Of a stretch of DNA of 24,000 nt, positions 16,858 through 22,994 are shown piece after piece. The notes beneath the pieces were generated by a model. That model saw only the letters and a list, made by a program, of their open reading frames with translations. It was not told where the DNA came from and did not search any database. A program made the position numbers and the translations under genes. Each line of letters starts with the position of its first letter. Positions within the stretch are counted from its first letter, which is position 1. Source of the DNA: Candidatus Harpocratesius repetitus (lineage in GTDB: Archaea; Asgardarchaeota; Lokiarchaeia; Sigyniarchaeales; Promethearchaeaceae); assembly GCA_021498095.1 (NCBI GenBank), contig JAIZWK010000001.1, forward strand, positions 2,829,450 to 2,853,449, read 5' to 3'.

Positions 16858-16918
16858 TTATTCCTAAATTTCAATAAATTTGCCAAAGACAATTCTTTGA
16901 AAGATAATTTAGGAATAA
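16858..16918. repeat. Nested palindrome: 13-bp perfect inverted repeat (TTATTCCTAAATT / AATTTAGGAATAA) enclosing a 6-bp hairpin (CAAAGA caat TCTTTG)
   Basis: Read directly. The outer arms are 16858-16870 and 16906-16918, and the inner hairpin is 16884-16899. It lies immediately downstream of the PSTK stop (16920-16922) and about 70 nt upstream of the transposase start. Confidence 0.8.
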
Positions 16919-16919
16919 T

Positions 16920-18035
16920 TTAAAAAATAGGCTTTCTCTTAATTGATCCTTTATCTTTAAAAATCATCGAATTGAGTAAAAAAGTGAATAAAATTTCCGT
17001 TGAAACTGTATTTATCGAATGTTGAAATAACCATATCAAAAAATTTTTTCTTAAAGAAATAAAAAAGTCTAAAAAAGAAGGTGAAACATTTTTTAAATTG
17101 CGTAATGTAATAATAGATTCAAAATTATTATTCTCTAAAATATTCGGATTTTGTTTAGATTCTTGCTTTACATGGAGCATTTTAGATTTAATCTTGTTAT
17201 TATTTTGTAATTTCAATAATAAATCTATTAATTTCTGGAATATTTCAGGTTCAATATACCCATGAATAATTTGATTCCATAATTCCCGTGTTTGAAGATC
17301 TAATTGATGTTTTATAGAATTATTACTTAAACTATCATGGTTATTTTTATTATTGTTTAAGGGAACATTAGATTTGAAAGATTTTTTTTTTGTAATAGCC
17401 ATATTCTGCTGATTTGATTGATGAAAGCTCGAATTTGAATAAAAGATGTTTTGAAATTCTTGATTTAATCGATCTAAAAATATCGATAATTTTTCATTTT
17501 TTGGAGAAAAAACCATTTTAGGGTGATCCCAAGCATATTTCTTTCCCGGTTTATCGAATTGATTTGCGATCCGTTGAATTACATCATGTGGGACTTGAAA
17601 CTCTCGATTATCATTCCACTTCAAGCAAGTTTCGAGAGAAGTATCTAAAAATATAGAAAAATAATATGCATTCATTTTTTTTGCTAAATGGAGCATATCT
17701 CTTCGCATTGAATTAAGATAATGCATATCATCCAAGATAATAAGTGGTAATTTCAAATTTGATGAATTATTTTTATCTTTGGTTTGAGATTTTTTCTTAT
17801 TAATATTTTGCAATATGGTTTCAATTTGGTTTTTCTTTTCTGCAATGACAATTTCTTCCCGTTCTGGATAAAAATTATCTCCGAATAATTCCCTACGAAT
17901 TCTATCAATATCAATAATGATTATTGGCTCAAATTTTTTTCTTATTTTTAAGTTTTGCGCAATATTCAGTGCTAAAAGACTTTTTCCTGAAGCAGGTAAA
18001 CCAATCAAGCAAATAATTATGGCATTTGGATTCAT
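16920..18035 (-). CDS. pstK: O-phosphoseryl-tRNA(Sec) kinase (PSTK), extended form
   Basis: P-loop IGLPASGKSL. DDMHYLNSMRRDM contains the PSTK RxxxR motif (NSMRRD) rather than the Kti12 version. FDKPGKKYAWDHP closely parallels what I recall of the Methanocaldococcus PSTK FDEPGKKYKWDEP. AGGTGAT lies 5 nt upstream of the ATG. Confidence 0.82.
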   Translation of the reverse strand: MNPNAIIICLIGLPASGKSLLALNIAQNLKIRKKFEPIIIIDIDRIRRELFGDNFYPEREEIVIAEKKNQIETILQNINKKKSQTKDKNNSSNLKLPLIILDDMHYLNSMRRDMLHLAKKMNAYYFSIFLDTSLETCLKWNDNREFQVPHDVIQRIANQFDKPGKKYAWDHPKMVFSPKNEKLSIFLDRLNQEFQNIFYSNSSFHQSNQQNMAITKKKSFKSNVPLNNNKNNHDSLSNNSIKHQLDLQTRELWNQIIHGYIEPEIFQKLIDLLLKLQNNNKIKSKMLHVKQESKQNPNILENNNFESIITLRNLKNVSPSFLDFFISLRKNFLIWLFQHSINTVSTEILFTFLLNSMIFKDKGSIKRKPIF

Positions 18036-18100
18036 TTTATATCACCTATTCTATTCTCTCCAGTTTCTTTTTATTCTATACTATTTTTATATTTTTTTTA

Positions 18101-18406
18101 TTAAAGTTTTTTAGTTTCGTTTTTTTTTTTAGAATTAACTCGAGACTGAAAATTATTTACCAAATCCCATTTTTGCTCTTTACTTAATTGCTTGATTGCA
18201 TACTCTTTTTTCATAGCTTCACTCCGAGTTAGAAAAGTCTCAAAATAAACCAACTCTATATCCTTTCCTCGTGTATAGCGCGCCCCTTTCCCTTTTTGAT
18301 GTTGTTCAAATCTAACTATAAGATTTTGAGTAGAACCAGTATATAAAGAAACATTTCCAGTTATCCGATTTACACATTTTAATATATAAACATAAAAGAT
18401 TGGCAC
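18101..18406 (-). CDS. Stand-alone GIY-YIG nuclease-domain protein
   Basis: FYVYILKC...SLYTGSTQNLIVRFEQHQKGKGARYTRGK..ELVYFETF.TRSEAMKKEYAIKQ is the GIY-YIG (YVYIL...YxG.T..L..R...H..G.ga.yT...E) pattern. GTG start. Confidence 0.8.
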   Translation of the reverse strand: MPIFYVYILKCVNRITGNVSLYTGSTQNLIVRFEQHQKGKGARYTRGKDIELVYFETFLTRSEAMKKEYAIKQLSKEQKWDLVNNFQSRVNSKKKNETKKL

Positions 18407-18503
18407 GATAGGTTCACAGAGATTAATTCTTTATTAGAGTTTGTTTAGCAGTGAAAGAACTTTTTTTTATTATTTTATTAATTTATAGCATAGAAATTTC
18501 ATA

Positions 18504-19352
18504 TCATTTAATTCTCGATGATCTCGATGGAAGAGAAAAGAATTTTTCACTATTGATTGTAGTCTGAAATGCTACATCTTCAAGAGATATTTCCTTCAAA
18601 TAGGCAATTTCCTGAGCGGCATAAACGACATATTGAGGTGAATTATGGAGTAATGAGGAATAGGGTTTCAAAAAAGGAGAATCAGTTTCGAGTAAAATAC
18701 GTCCTAAAGGAACTTTCATTGCTAATATCCGATGGATTTTTTTATAAACGACCGAAGTTGGAACTGTAAACATCCAATTATCTTGAGTTAATGCAATGTC
18801 TAAATATTTCTGAGCACCTCCAAAACAATGCAATAAAACCCCAGGAATATCTTGATATCGGGACTCTAATAAAATTTTAATTGCCTGTTTTTCTGCATTC
18901 CTACAATGAATGACTACTGGTTTCTGAAGCTCTTGAGCTAGATCCAATTGTCGTCGGAAAAATTCTTCTTGTCGTTTTCGGAGTGTTAAATCTTTTGTTT
19001 CCCAATAATCTAAACCAATTTCTCCAATTCCAACAAATTTCTTTGTATATCTGAACAACGCAGCTTTAAATAACTCCCAATTTGCATTTGCTTTAATTGA
19101 TTCCTCTGGATGAAGGCCAACTACATTAAATACATTATTAAATTTTTCTTGAAGATTTAAGCAAGCAATAAGATCATCATAATTTATCCCAATATTAATA
19201 ATGCGATATACGTGATTCTTTTCAGCAGCAGAGATTATCTGATCTATTTTATGAAGCAATGTTGGCCAGAGTAAATGAGCATGAGAATCAATAAATTCTA
19301 TTTTGTCCTCATTTAAAGTAATAGTTGGGGGTTCTTCTTCAGATGGAGCCAT
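18504..19352 (-). CDS. tatD: TatD-family metal-dependent hydrolase/DNase
   Basis: FIDSHAHL, GEIGLDY, PVVIHCR, LLHCFGG and LLETDSPFL are the TatD motif series. Confidence 0.9.
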   Translation of the reverse strand: MAPSEEEPPTITLNEDKIEFIDSHAHLLWPTLLHKIDQIISAAEKNHVYRIINIGINYDDLIACLNLQEKFNNVFNVVGLHPEESIKANANWELFKAALFRYTKKFVGIGEIGLDYWETKDLTLRKRQEEFFRRQLDLAQELQKPVVIHCRNAEKQAIKILLESRYQDIPGVLLHCFGGAQKYLDIALTQDNWMFTVPTSVVYKKIHRILAMKVPLGRILLETDSPFLKPYSSLLHNSPQYVVYAAQEIAYLKEISLEDVAFQTTINSEKFFSLPSRSSRIK

Positions 19353-19422
19353 AAGATACTTAATTTTTTTTTAGGTAAATCCTTTAGGATCTCATCGGTA
19401 ATTGTTCATTAAGGAGATTAAA

Positions 19423-20265
19423 GTGCCGCGTGGAATTGTAATTATTGATTGGGATGCATTCGAAGGTGGAATTATCTCATTTAAATATCCTGAATCGCTT
19501 GATGTTCCTACAAATTTAGTGCAATTACTACAAATATCTCATACATTTAGTGATGGACTTCTCACTCTCAAAGATGGAAGATTTCACGCCGTTTCTGTTG
19601 GTAATGAAACTCTTGAAAAAGTAATTGTTCTTATTCTCTCTGAATTTGAAGATGAGAATGACTTCTTTGATATTGTAAACACCATGAATAGCGTTGTTAC
19701 TGATGTAAATGAAGAAGAACAATTAAAGAACCAACTTATAAGATTATTCCAACTCTCTCAATCAGTATTCAAGGCGAGAGATGCGGTTTTAAATAAATTA
19801 GCTGAAGAAATAACAGAATTAAAGAATAAAGAAATAGATATGAAGCAATCATTAGAATGGCTCATTAGACATGAAGAGTCGATAGATAAATTAATAATTT
19901 TTCTCTTATTAAGATATGGTCCTTTGGATCCAGGACATTTACTACCATATATATATAAAACTCAAGAATTACTAAAATCAAAAACAAACAATGTTCAAAA
20001 AGATAAAATAATCAAGAATAAACTTAATACCACTTTTAATGAATCAAAAATAAAGTTAGATACAATAGGAAATATTGGATTATCAAAAACGTCTCATATC
20101 GAAAAAAAACATAATAAAACTCCTGTTGAAATTGAATTTCGTAAATCTACACTGATTTCTCAAATGGATTTAGAAAAAATACTACAAAAAATGGCAGAAA
20201 ACAATATTTTAAAGGAAGATATGGAAGGAAGGTATCACCTTTTAATACATTATGGTTTTGATTAA
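19423..20265 (+). CDS. Hypothetical protein: N-terminal longin/roadblock-like alpha/beta domain, central coiled coil, C-terminal winged-helix-like segment
   Basis: The track ORF begins at TTG 19402. I prefer GTG 19423, with AAGGAG 6 nt upstream. The N-terminal pattern is strand-strand-helix-strand-strand-strand-helix: GIVIIDWD / GIISFKY / PTNLVQLLQISHTF / LLTLKDG / RFHAVSVG / KVIVLILSE / DFFDIVNTMNSVV. A heptad-like stretch EEQLKNQLIRLFQ...ELKNKEIDMKQSLEWL follows. The C-terminus is LIIFLLLRYGPLDPGHL ... MDLEKILQKMAENNILKEDMEGRYHLL. The domain calls come from sequence pattern only. Confidence 0.6.
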   Translation: MPRGIVIIDWDAFEGGIISFKYPESLDVPTNLVQLLQISHTFSDGLLTLKDGRFHAVSVGNETLEKVIVLILSEFEDENDFFDIVNTMNSVVTDVNEEEQLKNQLIRLFQLSQSVFKARDAVLNKLAEEITELKNKEIDMKQSLEWLIRHEESIDKLIIFLLLRYGPLDPGHLLPYIYKTQELLKSKTNNVQKDKIIKNKLNTTFNESKIKLDTIGNIGLSKTSHIEKKHNKTPVEIEFRKSTLISQMDLEKILQKMAENNILKEDMEGRYHLLIHYGFD

Positions 20266-20267
20266 AA

Positions 20268-20324
20268 ATAGATATAAAAATGGATATAAAAATGGATATA
20301 AAAGAGGATATAAAAGATAAAAAA
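20268..20324. repeat. 12-bp tandem array nnGGATATAAAA (4 units plus a degenerate fifth) between convergent genes
   Basis: GATATAAAA occurs at 20271, 20283, 20295 and 20307 (exact 12-bp spacing), with GATAAAAAA at 20316. The array starts 3 nt after the stop of the 19423-20265 gene and ends 13 nt before the stop of the 20337-20597 gene. Confidence 0.85.
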
Positions 20325-20336
20325 AATTTTAAAGTG

Positions 20337-20597
20337 CTAAAATTCGCTTGTATCTTCCGATAAGGTAATTAATGTAGAAGATTTCTTAATTGCAAAATCT
20401 TTGCGCAATTGCATCATAAAAGCGGTCATTTCTTGCAAATTGTTTAACTCAACCTTTATAATCAAATCATAATCACCATAAATCATATGAACCTCTTTCA
20501 CTTTATCTATCTTTTTCACATCTTGAAATATTTGTTGGGTGGCACTTGAATCAGTCACTAATAATATAAATGCCACTACTTTATCGTCTCGACTCAT
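20337..20597 (-). CDS. Stand-alone Lrp/AsnC-type ligand-binding (RAM) domain protein
   Basis: VVAFILLVTDSS...IDKVKEVHMIYGDYDLIIKVELNNLQEMTAFMMQLRK...KKSSTLITL is the beta-alpha-beta-beta-alpha-beta RAM pattern (the G.yD....v motif). There is no HTH part. GGAGA lies 7 nt upstream of the ATG. Confidence 0.78.
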   Translation of the reverse strand: MSRDDKVVAFILLVTDSSATQQIFQDVKKIDKVKEVHMIYGDYDLIIKVELNNLQEMTAFMMQLRKDFAIKKSSTLITLSEDTSEF

Positions 20598-20640
20598 TTT
20601 TTTCTCTCCATTAATATTTCTACATTTTTACATACTTTCA

Positions 20641-20668
20641 TAAGTAAATAACGTTCTATCTTTACTTA
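20641..20668. promoter_or_regulatory. 8-bp perfect inverted repeat TAAGTAAA-N12-TTTACTTA upstream of the RAM-domain gene
   Basis: Arms at 20641-20648 and 20661-20668, 44-71 bp upstream of ATG 20597. It is a candidate operator, and there is no functional evidence. Confidence 0.25.
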
Positions 20669-20779
20669 CAGTAACTTTGAATAAAAAAAGATTTCGTTTT
20701 TCGATAAAATTAAAGATCCAGAGATCAATATTTTTTATTTCTTTGATAATAGAATCGGTGATTTATGATTAATCAAGAT

Positions 20780-21256
20780 TTAATCTTGAGGAATTACAAT
20801 CATAAATTTACATCGATCTGTCTTTCCTTGCAATCGACATTCTAATTCTTGTGCAAAACAGTGCTTACCAGTCATTTTTTCTACCAGACCAGCATATAAT
20901 CCTGCTTCAAAAGAGCAAAATCCTTGTGGAATTGCCATTCTAGGAATCTCTATATCTTTACATGAATTGCATTCATCTAATTCAAATGTAATATGTTCTT
21001 TATTTTCTTCCAACACGTAGAATGTACCTAGGTGATATTGCCGCGAAATTTTCTCTAGTGCAGGAATAAGTGGTTCATGAGGTAATTCATCTGCATGTAG
21101 AGCACCTCCTAATTCATGCCCCATAAAATAGTAGATTGCATCTAACTGATTACCTAAGGCATAAAGTGCCCCAATCTTTAAATTCCCTATATCCTTTCCT
21201 TTTTGCAAATCTTTTTTCATTTTTTGTAACATTTCTTCTAATAACATTCGATTCAT
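20780..21256 (-). CDS. V4R (4-vinyl reductase) domain protein, TRAPP/Bet3-fold family
   Basis: C-terminal ITFELDECNSC...GFCSFEAGLYAGLVEKMTGKHCFAQELECRLQGKTDRCKFMIV matches the V4R pattern (C...G...G.....G....v.E..C...G...C.F.i). AGGAGGGG lies 7 nt upstream of the ATG. Confidence 0.8.
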   Translation of the reverse strand: MNRMLLEEMLQKMKKDLQKGKDIGNLKIGALYALGNQLDAIYYFMGHELGGALHADELPHEPLIPALEKISRQYHLGTFYVLEENKEHITFELDECNSCKDIEIPRMAIPQGFCSFEAGLYAGLVEKMTGKHCFAQELECRLQGKTDRCKFMIVIPQD

Positions 21257-21424
21257 GATTTAACCCCTCCTAATAAGTAAAGAATTCTTATTTTTCTGCT
21301 AAATTTTCGTTATTTGTAATATTTGTGTTATTTTTTTCTCTTATTACTATTTATCTGAACTCTATGCATACAGTATGATTTAATTCTGTTCATAATGATT
21401 ATCTATTCCTTTTTATAACCTTTC

Positions 21425-21479
21425 TATGATATTTTTATGACATTATTATGACATTATTATGACATTATTATGACCAATT
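21425..21479. repeat. 11-bp tandem repeat TATGACATTAT (3 perfect units flanked by degenerate units)
   Basis: Perfect units at 21436, 21447 and 21458, with degenerate units at 21425 (tatgatatttt) and 21469 (tatgaccaatt). It lies about 40 nt downstream of the thioredoxin stop and about 170-220 nt upstream of the V4R start. Confidence 0.9.
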
Positions 21480-21516
21480 AATTATTTATTTGTAGATTCT
21501 TTTTCTAAATCTCCTT

Positions 21517-21846
21517 TTAGTTGTTTTCTGATTCAGAGTCTAAAGATTCTAATGGATCAATCTCTTCTTCTTCAAAAGATACTGAAGAGATAAATCCTTG
21601 CAAAATTGCATCTGTTAGTTCATTCTTGTCAATTATTACTGATAATCGAATATCCCCAATAATAATAGTAGGAACTGAAATTACTTTATATTTCTCCGCC
21701 ATAGTTAGATCAGATGCAATATCAACTTTTTTTATCCGTAGCTTATTTCCAAACAAGCTTACATTGATATCATTTAACATCCGCTCAACATTTTTACATG
21801 GAGCACAATATGGACTGGAAAAATATAATATCAACGGATAAGCCAT
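21517..21846 (-). CDS. Thioredoxin-fold protein (CAPC active site) with acidic C-terminal tail
   Basis: ILYFSSPYCAPCKNVERML...KKVDI..D...AEKYKV.SVPTIIIGD is the thioredoxin pattern. The tail is FEEEEIDPLESLDSESENN. Confidence 0.85.
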   Translation of the reverse strand: MAYPLILYFSSPYCAPCKNVERMLNDINVSLFGNKLRIKKVDIASDLTMAEKYKVISVPTIIIGDIRLSVIIDKNELTDAILQGFISSVSFEEEEIDPLESLDSESENN

Positions 21847-22255
21847 AATCTAATTGTCCCTCTACTCAATATTCGATCTAATTACTAAATTTTTGGTTTT
21901 TTCGCGGCAGCTCCATGATTTTCAATAAAATCCTGGTAAAATCCTTACTTTTTCTTGTTCCTTTATCTGTAAAATCTTGTCAATCAATTTCTGTTCTATC
22001 AGGTTCTACCACTTAAAAAATTCAAAGATATTATACATTTAATTCGCAAACGATTTGCATCTTTATATTCGCTTTTTTCTTTCGATTATTATGATTTTCA
22101 TCAATTTGATCAATGATCAATTAATTCAGAAAACCATATAATTAAAAAAATATTGATTGTTTTATCAATCCATTAAAAAAAAAATTAAGCATAGACAGAT
22201 TCTATCGCATATCTTCAACTTCAATTCTTTTTATTCATTATTATTATTTAATTAT

Positions 22256-22819
22256 TTAACCCTTATCTAGTGCTTGTTCAACTAAAACATCGATAATAGC
22301 ATTAAATGCATCATGAACATGTTTGCCTGTTTTTGCGGAAGTCATATACATACCTAAAAATTTCCTTTTTTCTACTATTTCTTTGATTTTGCTGTCATCA
22401 TATGTACTTTCATCAATTAAATCTGATTTATTCGCAAATACAACCATTGGTAATTCCCCACAGTAATTTTGGAAATCATCAACCCAATCATTTATGGCAT
22501 ACATTGTTTCTTCCCGTGTCAAATCGTAGACTACGATACAAGCCTTTGCACCATTATAGAAGGTGGGACGCATAAATTTAAATTGATCTTGACCCGCTAT
22601 ATCCCACAAAAATAGTCTTGCTCGTACTTTTTCACCATTTGGTCGATTGATTATGGTTTCGTATCGGCTGAATTGTGCGCCGAGGGTTTTAATATAATCT
22701 TTATTGAAAGAGCCTTGCGTGAATCGTTTTATGAGCGATGTTTTACCTGCGGCACCTGCTCCGATTACGCAAAGTTTGAATATAAAGTCATTACTGAATT
22801 CTTCTTCATTTTCTGTCAT
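22256..22819 (-). CDS. Rab/Ras-like small GTPase
   Basis: G1 GAGAAGKTS, switch I YIKTLGAQF, G3 WDIAGQDQF, G4 NKSD and G5 SAK. The track start is GTG 22828. ATG 22819 (MTENEEE...) is more likely. There is no C-terminal Cys/CaaX. Confidence 0.9.
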   Translation of the reverse strand: MTENEEEFSNDFIFKLCVIGAGAAGKTSLIKRFTQGSFNKDYIKTLGAQFSRYETIINRPNGEKVRARLFLWDIAGQDQFKFMRPTFYNGAKACIVVYDLTREETMYAINDWVDDFQNYCGELPMVVFANKSDLIDESTYDDSKIKEIVEKRKFLGMYMTSAKTGKHVHDAFNAIIDVLVEQALDKG

Positions 22820-22930
22820 GGTAGTCACGAATTCTGCTCTGTAATAAGGTTGTTTTTAGTTCTTAAAAAAGGTTCGGAATAAGATGCCATGCAAAAATCA
22901 AGAGCAGATAATAATATATCGAATTAAAAT

Positions 22931-22964
22931 AAAAGAAAAAATGGTACATCTTTATTCAATGTAC
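22931..22964 (-). terminator. Hairpin plus oligo-T downstream of the surface-protein gene
   Basis: The minus-strand RNA reads GUACAU-UGAAUAAAG-AUGUAC (arms 22959-22964 and 22944-22949) followed by CAUUUUUUCUUUU (22931-22943). It begins about 30 nt after the TAG at 22995-22997. Confidence 0.4.
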
Positions 22965-22994
22965 ACGTGAAATCAATAAGGTTCATGCATTTTT

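Noticed and set aside
15322-16920. Terminal inverted repeats or target-site duplication delimiting an insertion sequence around the transposase gene
   Set aside because: Comparing 15322-15397 with the reverse complement of 16790-16920 gave only short AT-rich or partially matching words (for example TTTTGG..AT). The 13-bp inverted repeat at 16858-16918 is local to one side only. I therefore annotate the transposase CDS but no element boundaries.
5999-18506. Possible Sec recoding at the other TGA-terminated ORFs (stops at 5999, 15398 and 18504)
   Set aside because: Reading through each TGA in frame hits another stop after 1, 6 and 6 codons respectively, adding no conserved-looking sequence. 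All remaining ORFs end in TAA or TAG. All conserved HdrA and MvhD redox positions are Cys codons.
10574-22118. AATGATCA / GATC-containing words recurring in several intergenic regions (10574, 12971 on the reverse strand, 22111, and each 23-bp unit) as one shared genome-wide regulatory or methylation motif
   Set aside because: A rough composition-based expectation for an 8-mer like this in 24 kb on both strands is already about 1-2 occurrences, and GATC alone is expected every few hundred bp. The recurrence is not clearly above chance without genome-wide statistics. Only the phased triplet at 10572-10644 is reported as a finding.
10550-22994. tRNA (including tRNA-Sec), rRNA or other structured RNA genes in the intergenic regions
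   Set aside because: All intergenic stretches are uniformly very AT-rich. They lack the GC-rich 70-90-nt islands with acceptor and T-arm complementarity that tRNAs form in AT-rich archaeal genomes. This was a visual inspection only, and a tRNAscan/Infernal run would be definitive.
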